Assembly (NCBI GenBank): GCA_964496005.1
Contig: CAZBWW010000004.1
Span: forward strand, 1 to 52,634
Length of the DNA: 52,634 bases
Direction: 5' to 3'
Origin: an uncultured Candidatus Saccharibacteria bacterium
GTDB lineage: Bacteria > Patescibacteriota > WWE3 > UBA101185 > UBA10185
The translations under genes and the position numbers were made by a program. Below are positions 1-8,324 of the stretch, piece after piece. Each line of letters starts with the position of its first letter. Position 1 is the first letter of the stretch. The notes below the pieces were generated by a model. The model ran no database searches. It was not told where the DNA came from and was given only the letters and a program-made list of their open reading frames with translations.

Positions 1-13
1 TATAAAGAACGAT

Positions 14-442
14 ATGTCGGCAAAACTGCACAAATTAATTGAAAAGTCATGGGTTGAAAAAGATGGCAAATACTTACTTGCCCAACGTGGGACAACGGAA
101 AAACATCATTCGGGCGTATGGTCACTGCCCGGCGGTAACGTGGAATTAGATATTACAGACTCGATACTTGAAAAAACCTTAAAAAAGGAAATTAAAGAAG
201 AAATAGGAATTGCTGTGGCGGATCAAATGCAACTTATCTACAACAACAGTTTTATTAAAGACAGCGACGGTTCTCATGTGGTAAATTTAACGTTTTTGTG
301 CAAATGGCAAGCAGGTGAGGCAAAACCGCTGGAGGATACTGCAAAGGTTGCGTGGTACACTATGGAAGAATTGCAGAAATTAGAAAACGCACCAGATTTT
401 TTGGTTAAAGAAATAGAGAAATTGGTAAAATATACAATATGA
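14..442 (+). CDS. NUDIX (MutT-like) hydrolase
   Basis: 142-aa ORF with a Nudix box (GGNVELDITDSILEKTLKKEIKEEIGI). Its stop overlaps the next start (ATGA). Confidence 0.85.
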   Translation: MSAKLHKLIEKSWVEKDGKYLLAQRGTTEKHHSGVWSLPGGNVELDITDSILEKTLKKEIKEEIGIAVADQMQLIYNNSFIKDSDGSHVVNLTFLCKWQAGEAKPLEDTAKVAWYTMEELQKLENAPDFLVKEIEKLVKYTI

Positions 443-1191
443 CTACAAAAATACTCTTCATCCACCACTCAACCGGTGGGCTGTTAATTCACCAAGGTAA
501 AGTAAGAGAACAACTAAAAGAAAAAGCGCCGGAAATTGAGTTTTGGGATCACGGCTACAATTTATATAAGCATTTTCCACAAAAATTGGCTGATCTAGCC
601 GCGAACAAATTAACTTTTCACACCGGCTTAAGCGACGCACGTGGAAACCAAACCGGCAAAGATTTTAATATAAACTTGACAAATAATAACCCCGGTGATT
701 TTGAAGCAATTTTTACTGCTGGCTCAGAATCAGGTACTGAGCTTGGAAACACATTAAAAAATATTTTAGACTTTGATGTTATTGCATTTAAAAATTGTTT
801 TCCCACTACGAAAATCGACTCTACTTCAAGGCTGGAAAAATATATAAAAAATTATATTGCGATGAGAGAGTCGTTCAAAAAATATCCGCAAAAACTATTT
901 ATTCCATTTACTCCACCGCCACTTAGAAAATCGATGACTAAACCTGAGTATGCAACCCGCGCGCAGGATTTTGCAAAATGGCTAAAATCCGAAGACTTTT
1001 TAAAAAACCAAAAAAATATTGCGGTATTTGATTTTTTTAATTTGCTTGCGGATGAAGGCGGCTATCTTAAACCTGAATACTGCAACCCACTTTTTTTTGA
1101 TTCCCACCCTAATAAAAAAGCTAATGAGCTGAATGGGAAAAAGTTTGTACAATTTCTGGTTGATCAAATTACTAGTTTTAGTACCAATTAG
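439..1191 (+). CDS. hypothetical protein, possibly SGNH/GDSL-fold hydrolase-like
   Basis: 250-aa ORF translationally coupled to the NUDIX gene. It has FIHHSTG near the N-terminus and DSHPN near the C-terminus, resembling SGNH blocks I and V. The function is a weak guess. Confidence 0.6.
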   Translation: MTTKILFIHHSTGGLLIHQGKVREQLKEKAPEIEFWDHGYNLYKHFPQKLADLAANKLTFHTGLSDARGNQTGKDFNINLTNNNPGDFEAIFTAGSESGTELGNTLKNILDFDVIAFKNCFPTTKIDSTSRLEKYIKNYIAMRESFKKYPQKLFIPFTPPPLRKSMTKPEYATRAQDFAKWLKSEDFLKNQKNIAVFDFFNLLADEGGYLKPEYCNPLFFDSHPNKKANELNGKKFVQFLVDQITSFSTN

Positions 1192-1263
1192 TTTAATTTG
1201 ATATTTTTGGTATAAAAGCAAAGTCTCCCACACAAAAGCAAAATAAATACCTAAATTGATAGA

Positions 1264-1299
1264 AAAGGTCGAATTTGTTTTTCCGCAAACTCGACCTTT
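1264..1299. terminator. hairpin between convergent genes (probable terminator, best for the minus-strand MFS gene)
   Basis: Stem AAAGGTCGAATTTG / CAAACTCGACCTTT (14 bp, 1 mismatch) with an 8-nt loop. The T-rich tract is on the minus-strand side only. Confidence 0.5.
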
Positions 1300-1309
1300 A
1301 ACCTCTTTG

Positions 1310-2524
1310 TTAACTTTTTTGCCCACGGATCTGCCTAATGTGACTTAGCACAAACTCCACCCCTAAAGCAATGAAGATATAACCCGAAAGCAAAACTAGC
1401 ACTAACCCGGACACAACCCAAACACTTACTGCATCCATATACTCCGTTAGTAAACCGGCTAGAAACAAACCCACAAAAGCGCCAAATGTGTTAACGGAGC
1501 TTCTGATAGAGTTTGTTGTCGACCTGATCCTAGCCGAAATGTGGTAATTGGAAAACGTGGACAATACTGGATTTCTGCCTCCACGCCCTACCTCGTGAAG
1601 TAAAAACCCACCCACCAATACCAACATTGCGTCACTAAAAAACCAGCTGACAATTAGCATGGGTAAACCCGTTAGCAAGATTACAAACCCTACATGCAGT
1701 TTTTCTACTTTACATAGACGGGCAACTAACGCAGCCCCGATCGCTGAGCATGCAGACACCCCAACCCACATACCGCCTAGCAACATTGTATCTACACCGC
1801 CCTCTTCGAATATTGGCGCCCAAAACATATTGAACGCTTGATACGCCATTGCTGACACGAAAGATACAGCGAGAATAAAGCGTAATGGTGGGATTCGTGC
1901 ACTTATCTTTAGCGACTCAGTTATGGATCCTTTTTGCTCTTCTCCATCTTCGACAGCCCTATCCGGCAGTTTTCTCGTTATGGCAACGCCTACAAGAAAA
2001 CCTGCAAAACAAGTTAGTGCTGACAGGAACCACGGATATTCCAAGCCGAACGTACTGCCGATGTATGCACCACCAAGTGCAGTGAAAACAGCTACAACCT
2101 TAGAAACCGCATCGGTGTTTGCTATCGTCTTGTGCGCAACAGCATGCTCAACATTATTTCTCAACCAGGCTTCCAAAGCCTCTGACTTGAGTGATGCAGC
2201 AACTGCAACAATAATTTCTGCGACAACAAACACCAGATACGTATTCCCAAACCCATAAAGAACATCGCCGATTGCGTACACTAACAGCCCAGCCAAATAC
2301 ACCCTTGTTTGCCCAACTTTATCGGCTAGACTGCCTGTAAACGGATCCACTATGCTGTGCAATAGCATATATGCCATGTTGACCTGAGTTGCCTCAAACA
2401 AAGTCAGCCCATTCTTAGTCAAAAAAAGCACATAAGTCACTATGAACCATCCGATAGAGGCACTCTCGAACGCTTTCAAAATAATAAAAGCATTCGTAAT
2501 TTTTTTGGCTACTTGCCCATTCAT
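1310..2524 (-). CDS. MFS transporter
   Basis: 404-aa ORF, about 12 hydrophobic segments, MFS-like loop motifs (GSLADKVGQTRV). SD AAAGGAGAG lies upstream of the ATG. Confidence 0.85.
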   Translation of the reverse strand: MNGQVAKKITNAFIILKAFESASIGWFIVTYVLFLTKNGLTLFEATQVNMAYMLLHSIVDPFTGSLADKVGQTRVYLAGLLVYAIGDVLYGFGNTYLVFVVAEIIVAVAASLKSEALEAWLRNNVEHAVAHKTIANTDAVSKVVAVFTALGGAYIGSTFGLEYPWFLSALTCFAGFLVGVAITRKLPDRAVEDGEEQKGSITESLKISARIPPLRFILAVSFVSAMAYQAFNMFWAPIFEEGGVDTMLLGGMWVGVSACSAIGAALVARLCKVEKLHVGFVILLTGLPMLIVSWFFSDAMLVLVGGFLLHEVGRGGRNPVLSTFSNYHISARIRSTTNSIRSSVNTFGAFVGLFLAGLLTEYMDAVSVWVVSGLVLVLLSGYIFIALGVEFVLSHIRQIRGQKS

Positions 2525-2960
2525 TATTCTCTCCTTTTTTAGGCGTTACATTTTGCGCCAAGTAAGCCCCTGAAAAAGAAAGTTTATTGAGATTTTTTTT
2601 TGAAAAGTATCCCGAAACAGCCCCATTTTCAGAGGCCTGCCCGAGTCAAAAGTTAACTAACCAGAACAAACCCCATATCTAGAGGTAAATGAATTACCAC
2701 CAACCTTTTTGGCGGTATTACATGAAGGCATATTAGTAATGTTCTTAAGCATATGATTAGTCATAATGTTGAAAGTGTAACTTATTCGCATAATAGTGTC
2801 AACTATAGGTTAGATTGTTAGTTTTGGCTTAACGCATTCTACATCAAATAGATGTGCTTCGTTTAGAACCTACAATTTTCTAATAACCAATGTTTTCTTT
2901 TTAAACGAATAACTAACCTAATTTGTTTTAAAATGGTACAAAATCAAGTAAAATAAGGCA

Positions 2961-4217
2961 ATGTATTACTCACAACTGCTAGGCAAAACAAAGAAAGAAG
3001 CCCCAAAAGACGAAGAGAGCCTAAACGCCCAGTTACTAATTCGCGGAGGTTTTATACAAAAAGAATTAGCCGGGGTATATGCGTATCTACCATTAGGGTT
3101 AAGGGTATTAAAAAAGATTAGTGAAATTTTACGCGAGGAAATGCTCGAAATTGGTGGACAGGAGGTTTTTCTAGGATCATTGCAGGATCCGGAATTATGG
3201 AAAAAAACCAACAGATGGGCTGATGATGTAATTGATGTCTGGTTTAAAACCAAATTAAATAATGGTACCGAAGTCGGACTTGCAAACACACACGAAGAGC
3301 CGTTGACAAAAATTTTAAGCAATTATGTACAATCGTATCGCGATTTACCACTATACGCGTTCCAGTTTCAAACAAAATTCAGAAACGAGTTGCGTGCACG
3401 AAGCGGATTAATGCGAACACGAGAATTTATAATGAAGGATTTGTATTCATTTAATAAAGATCAAACTGAACTGGATATTTTCTACGACAGAGTATCTGAG
3501 GCTTACAGACGGTATTTCAACAGGCTTGGAATTGGCGATATTACCTACTTAACATTTGCAAGCGGAGGCGCGTTTAGTAAATATAGTCATGAGTTTCAGA
3601 CTCTATGTTCAACGGGCGAAGACACTATTTACTTAAGCCGCGAAAAAAAGCTAGCTGTAAACAAAGAGGTCTATACTGATGAGGTACTTGCTGAGCTTGG
3701 ACTTAACCGAGACGGGCTAGAAGAAGTAAGAGCTGTCGAAACAGGTAATATTTTTAAATTAGGCACTAAATATTCTGAACCTTTAGGCCTAAAATATCTT
3801 GATGAACAAGGTAAGGAACAACCTGTTATTATGGGATGTTACGGCATAGCACCCAGCAGATCAATGGGAACAATAGCTGAAATAATGAATGATGAAAAAG
3901 GGTTGATCTGGCCTGAAAGTATTGCACCTTTTAAGGTACATCTAATAGGCATAAATTTAGATGACAAGTTTGTCGTTGATAAAGTAAATTCTCTTCATGA
4001 GAAATTATTGGAACTGGGTATTGAGGTGCTTTACGACGACAGAGAAAACGCATCTGCAGGTGAAAAATTAGCGGACGCTGATTTAATTGGGTGCCCCTAT
4101 CGCGCGGTTGTATCAAAAAAAACTGATAGCAACGTAGAGGTAAAAAAGCGAAACGAGAACGAAGTAAAATTAATGAGCGTGGAAGATTTTATCGCTAGTT
4201 TACAAAAAAATACCTAA
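2961..4217 (+). CDS. proS: prolyl-tRNA synthetase, bacterial type, short form without INS editing domain
   Basis: The N-terminus (QLLIRGGFIQKELAGVYAYLPLGLRVLKKISEILREEM) follows the bacterial ProRS pattern. Class II motifs and an anticodon-binding C-terminus are present. Only 418 aa. Confidence 0.95.
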   Translation: MYYSQLLGKTKKEAPKDEESLNAQLLIRGGFIQKELAGVYAYLPLGLRVLKKISEILREEMLEIGGQEVFLGSLQDPELWKKTNRWADDVIDVWFKTKLNNGTEVGLANTHEEPLTKILSNYVQSYRDLPLYAFQFQTKFRNELRARSGLMRTREFIMKDLYSFNKDQTELDIFYDRVSEAYRRYFNRLGIGDITYLTFASGGAFSKYSHEFQTLCSTGEDTIYLSREKKLAVNKEVYTDEVLAELGLNRDGLEEVRAVETGNIFKLGTKYSEPLGLKYLDEQGKEQPVIMGCYGIAPSRSMGTIAEIMNDEKGLIWPESIAPFKVHLIGINLDDKFVVDKVNSLHEKLLELGIEVLYDDRENASAGEKLADADLIGCPYRAVVSKKTDSNVEVKKRNENEVKLMSVEDFIASLQKNT

Positions 4218-4225
4218 AATTATAA

Positions 4226-5260
4226 TTATTCAGTAATTCCCAAACTAGGATTTACATTTATGTCAGCCAGTGCTTTTGGCTTATTGTTAAAATACGCTGC
4301 AGAGGCTATGTATATTGCATTATCCGTGCATAGACCAATTGGAGGAATACTTACAGGAATTCCTATATTTTTTGCTGCTAACTTCATTCGAGAACGCAGC
4401 TGCGTATTTGCTGAAACACCACCTCCTAATAAAATGGTCCGCGCATTGTATTTTTCTGCCGCTACGCATGTTTTTTTAACTAAAACATCAACAACAGCAC
4501 TTTCAAATTCGCAGGCAATTACTTCTGGCGGGTAGTTTTCTAGTAAATTGTCATGCTCAACTCCCCTTTTTACTGCTGTCTTTAAGCCTGAAAATGAAAA
4601 GTCAAAATCCTCATCGGTAATTTTTGGCCGTGGAAATTTTCCTGCAAGAGTATTATGTTCACATTTTGCTGCTATTAATGAGAGCTTAGCGCCCCCAAGA
4701 TAATCGGCAATTCCCAACAACCTAGCCGTTTTATCAAATGCTTCCCCCGCCGCATCGTCTACCGTTCCACCTAAATAAACCAGGTCTCCATGCCCCCGCA
4801 TTAATACCAAGTCAGTATGTCCGCCGCTAACAATTAGTCCTACCGCAGGAAAATCTATTTTTATTGGCGAAAAATTACTATACTCAACGAAATTCCCATA
4901 AATATGTCCGACTAAATGATTTACCGGAATTACTGGCAATTCCCAAGCCACACCCAACGCCTTTGCCGCCGACACACCCACTATTAATGACCCTATCAGA
5001 CCAGGTCCAACCGTAACGGCTATTGCGGCTATTTCCCGTGAAGCTGACTCGCGGGAAATACCTGCTTTTTGCAGAGTTAAGTCAAGAACCGGAACGATAA
5101 ATTCGACTTGTTTTCTGGCGGCAATTTCCGGCACAATTCCACCGGTCTTTTCGTGTAGCTCTCTCGACGAAGCCACTGCTTCCGAAATAACTTTTACACC
5201 GTCTTCGACGATTGCAGCTGCCGTTTCATCACATGATGTTTCTATTCCTAATATTTTCAT
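4226..5260 (-). CDS. tsaD: tRNA N6-adenosine threonylcarbamoyltransferase (Kae1/Gcp family)
   Basis: MKILGIETSCDETAAAIV N-terminus plus the HxxGH metal motif (NHLVGHIY). 344 aa. Confidence 0.95.
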   Translation of the reverse strand: MKILGIETSCDETAAAIVEDGVKVISEAVASSRELHEKTGGIVPEIAARKQVEFIVPVLDLTLQKAGISRESASREIAAIAVTVGPGLIGSLIVGVSAAKALGVAWELPVIPVNHLVGHIYGNFVEYSNFSPIKIDFPAVGLIVSGGHTDLVLMRGHGDLVYLGGTVDDAAGEAFDKTARLLGIADYLGGAKLSLIAAKCEHNTLAGKFPRPKITDEDFDFSFSGLKTAVKRGVEHDNLLENYPPEVIACEFESAVVDVLVKKTCVAAEKYNARTILLGGGVSANTQLRSRMKLAAKNIGIPVSIPPIGLCTDNAIYIASAAYFNNKPKALADINVNPSLGITE

Positions 5261-5275
5261 ATGAGAATTATAATA

Positions 5276-5725
5276 TTAAAACACACCAATACTAAAATCC
5301 TGCAAAAGTCTTACATATAATAAATATGACCTCCACTCAATACTGTAATAAAACATATCGTAAAGCAAATGCACACCTACACCAAGCGCCACAAATAATA
5401 ACCAGCTATATTTTAGTTTGTTTTTTATTACTAAAAACAATAATAATAAGAATCCCACAAGCTCCCACGAATGTAAAAATAAATATACTTTACCGGACTG
5501 ATTAAAATACATACCTGTAAAAAATTCGTAAAAATTAAAGCGGAAACCGGTGTGTAAAAAATAATCAATAAAATGATCCGTATCCATAAGTAAGGTAACA
5601 CCTAATCCAATAAAATAATTTCGGAGAGTAAGGAAATCTTTTCTTAACAAGTAAACCAAAAGTGCTCCCAAGGAGTAAGCAATAACATGCCCAAATTCAT
5701 GCATAACCAGACCATAAAATTCCAT
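5276..5725 (-). CDS. small polytopic membrane protein with HExxH (HEFGH) in TM1; YdjM/DUF457-like metal-dependent hydrolase candidate
   Basis: 149 aa, 4-5 hydrophobic segments, with MHEFGHVIAY and MDTDHFIDY motifs. TGtTACAAT lies 6 nt upstream of the ATG. Confidence 0.6.
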   Translation of the reverse strand: MEFYGLVMHEFGHVIAYSLGALLVYLLRKDFLTLRNYFIGLGVTLLMDTDHFIDYFLHTGFRFNFYEFFTGMYFNQSGKVYLFLHSWELVGFLLLLFLVIKNKLKYSWLLFVALGVGVHLLYDMFYYSIEWRSYLLYVRLLQDFSIGVF

Positions 5726-5731
5726 TACTAA

Positions 5732-5740
5732 ATTGTAACA
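5732..5740 (-). promoter_or_regulatory. extended -10 (TGtTACAAT) 6 nt upstream of ATG 5725; leaderless-type promoter
   Basis: The reverse complement of 5732-5740 reads TGTTACAAT, followed by ttagta and then ATG. Confidence 0.55.
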
Positions 5741-5751
5741 AATAGGCGATA

Positions 5752-5760
5752 TGAGATAAT
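5752..5760 (+). promoter_or_regulatory. extended -10 (TGaGATAAT) 9 nt upstream of ATG 5770
   Basis: Read directly from the sequence. It shares a 44-nt divergent intergenic region with the 5732-5740 box. Confidence 0.5.
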
Positions 5761-5769
5761 AGTAAGACT

Positions 5770-6672
5770 ATGCTGATAGATTCCCATGCACACCTACCCT
5801 ACAATAGAACAGACGCCCAAAAAATTGTAGAAAACGCATTAACCGAAGGCGTAACAAAAATTATTACGGTTGGCACTTCACTTTCCGACAGCGAACACGC
5901 AGTCGAAATGACCAAGTGGTTTGATAATGTTTATGCAACAGTTGGGGTATATCCTCACGAAGAGCTGACTACCGAAATTGATGTTATAGAAAGGGAATTA
6001 GAGAGAATACTGTTAAACAATAGGAAAAGCCTTAGTAACACACAAACCAACCAAAATACACTAAATTCGAAAATTGTGGCAATAGGCGAATGCGGGATAG
6101 ATATCACAAATTGGGCAAATCAGAGACCAGTTCAACAACAAATACAGCTATTTGAAACACAAATAAAACTGGCCCAGAAATATAATTTGCCAATAGTAAT
6201 CCACAATCGCAACGGAAACACGCAAGTTATAGATTTGTTGGAAAAATACTACGGAAACAGAAAAAATACCGCTAAAAACAACAGCGTAACCGGTGAGCAA
6301 ACAGACAACCAACAAAACACATCTGTTGCTCAATCACTAACTACAGGAGTCGCGCACTGCTTTGATGGCACCTGGGAACATGCCCAGCAGTATTTAGACT
6401 TAGGTTTTTTCATTTCTTTTTCAGGATTCATTACTCACAACAGCAAAAAATACTTACATGAAACTGTAAAAAATGTCCCACTTGATAAATTCTTAATCGA
6501 AACCGATTCCCCGTATATATTACCAAAAGGGCTAGACCCCGCAACTACAAAGAAAAATGAGCCTAAAAATGTTAAAATGATCGCACGGAAAGTATCCGAA
6601 ATTAAAGAACTGCCCATAGATGAGATATGTAAACACTCATTTGCCAATACCTGCACCCTGTTTACTATTTAA
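5770..6672 (+). CDS. TatD-family metal-dependent hydrolase/DNase with N/Q/T-rich insertions
   Basis: MLIDSHAHL start, plus GECGID, VIHNR and ETDSPY motifs. 300 aa, with two low-complexity inserts. Confidence 0.9.
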   Translation: MLIDSHAHLPYNRTDAQKIVENALTEGVTKIITVGTSLSDSEHAVEMTKWFDNVYATVGVYPHEELTTEIDVIERELERILLNNRKSLSNTQTNQNTLNSKIVAIGECGIDITNWANQRPVQQQIQLFETQIKLAQKYNLPIVIHNRNGNTQVIDLLEKYYGNRKNTAKNNSVTGEQTDNQQNTSVAQSLTTGVAHCFDGTWEHAQQYLDLGFFISFSGFITHNSKKYLHETVKNVPLDKFLIETDSPYILPKGLDPATTKKNEPKNVKMIARKVSEIKELPIDEICKHSFANTCTLFTI

Positions 6673-6738
6673 AATGGGTGGAAATAGAAGCCGAAAACCG
6701 GCGTTTGAGTTGCGCGAATAAAATAAAATACAAAAATT

Positions 6739-8310
6739 ATGATCGCAGAATTTGTACTAAAACACGATAAACAAGTTACACGAGCATTAGAATTTCTACC
6801 GGGTTTTTTAACCTGGTCCTTTATATTATCCCCTATTTGGCTTGGGCTATTGTTTCCTCCTGCAGTAATTTATTTAATTGCGTTCCTAACGATTTACTGG
6901 AGTTACATGGCAATAAAACAGACTTTAGGTTTGTTGCTCGGATATCCGCAGTATAAAAAAGAGATGGCGACGGATTGGTGGGCTGAGTGTCAAAAATTAA
7001 CCTTTATCGACTTACCTGATAAAGAAACTTTGCCCGATTCACTCCAGGCTGTAAAGCAGTTTATTGTTATTCCGGTTGTAAACGAGCCACGAAATGTGTT
7101 GGAACCGGCTCTAAATGCAATATATAACCAGACATTTCCCGTCAGCCAAATTACTGTTGTATATTCGATTGAGGCAAAATATGCCGAAGAAGTGAAAAAG
7201 ACTATTTACGATATACTGGGCGACCGCATTAAGGACTTTCACGCATTTTATATTTTTGAACATCCGGCCGGCATCGAGGGCGAGGCTATTGGCAGCGGGG
7301 GTGGAAACCGAACCTGGGGTGCAAAACACGCGGTTGCTGAGCTACAAAAAAAGGGCGAAGACATAAAAAACTATATTTTTACAAATTTTGACGCTGATCA
7401 CGTACCCGACCGCCAGTTTTTTGCTCGTATAACACATTTGTACTTAACTATCGACAAACGCTACAATCGCTTCATTGCCACCGCGGTTCATCTTTTTAAC
7501 AATAACCACTGGAACGTACCTTCTATGATGAGGATTGAAGCAAATTTCGTAACTTTAGGCACACTCGCCAACCGCAGCTTATTTTGGAAAAAAACCTCAA
7601 TGACAATTGATACTTTCGCAAGTTTCACAAATTCACTACAAACGTTAATAGACGCTGATTATTGGGATGTGTCTTCCGGTGCCGACGATACAACTTATTT
7701 TTGGCGGGCATTTTTTGCACGTGATGGGGATTTTAAGGCAGAAAAGCACTATATCCCATATTCAGCAGACGCCGTTGAAAGCTCAACATACATAAAAGCA
7801 CATAAAAGCTTATACAAACAGCTTTTGCGTTGGGGTTGGGGTGTTGTAGAAATTCCCATATCCGTAAAAGAATTCTTGATAAATGACCGAATTCCAACAG
7901 GCACCAAAATATTATGGATTTTCGATCACCTAAAAACACGTGTTTTTTTAATAAATGTTGTTTTTATTATTACTTTTGGCTTTGGGCTATTAACCCTCGT
8001 AAATCCTAACATTAAGCAAACCAGTTACGCGTACATCTTGCCAAGCGTTATGAGTATTATCTTAACTTTTACACTTTTGTTTATTTTTCCGGCAATTTAT
8101 TATCGCTCAAAACTAACACCGCCCATCCCAAAAGATTGGCCGATCTGGAGACGATTATTATTATTTTTGGAAGGATTTCTCGTTATATTTAATTTGCTGA
8201 CTTTTTCTTTCATCCCAATGGTAGAAGCACAAACCCGTATGATGTTCGGTAAAAAAATGAAAGACCTGTATCATACCCCAAAAATGAGAAGAGTTGGCAG
8301 TGAAACGTAG
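6739..8310 (+). CDS. membrane-integrated family 2 glycosyltransferase with QxxRW motif (processive synthase-like)
   Basis: 523 aa with N- and C-terminal TM bundles. Motifs: VIPVVNE, FDADH (DxD) and QLLRWGWG. Confidence 0.8.
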   Translation: MIAEFVLKHDKQVTRALEFLPGFLTWSFILSPIWLGLLFPPAVIYLIAFLTIYWSYMAIKQTLGLLLGYPQYKKEMATDWWAECQKLTFIDLPDKETLPDSLQAVKQFIVIPVVNEPRNVLEPALNAIYNQTFPVSQITVVYSIEAKYAEEVKKTIYDILGDRIKDFHAFYIFEHPAGIEGEAIGSGGGNRTWGAKHAVAELQKKGEDIKNYIFTNFDADHVPDRQFFARITHLYLTIDKRYNRFIATAVHLFNNNHWNVPSMMRIEANFVTLGTLANRSLFWKKTSMTIDTFASFTNSLQTLIDADYWDVSSGADDTTYFWRAFFARDGDFKAEKHYIPYSADAVESSTYIKAHKSLYKQLLRWGWGVVEIPISVKEFLINDRIPTGTKILWIFDHLKTRVFLINVVFIITFGFGLLTLVNPNIKQTSYAYILPSVMSIILTFTLLFIFPAIYYRSKLTPPIPKDWPIWRRLLLFLEGFLVIFNLLTFSFIPMVEAQTRMMFGKKMKDLYHTPKMRRVGSET

Positions 8311-8324
8311 CCCTGAAAAATATT

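Noticed and set aside
2690-2720. Possible T-box element (minus-strand GGTTGGTGGTAAT) in the proS/MFS intergenic region
   Set aside because: It matches the T-box core (GGGTGGTACCGCG) only partially. I found no specifier-loop or terminator/antiterminator architecture by eye. It is also oriented toward the MFS gene, not proS.
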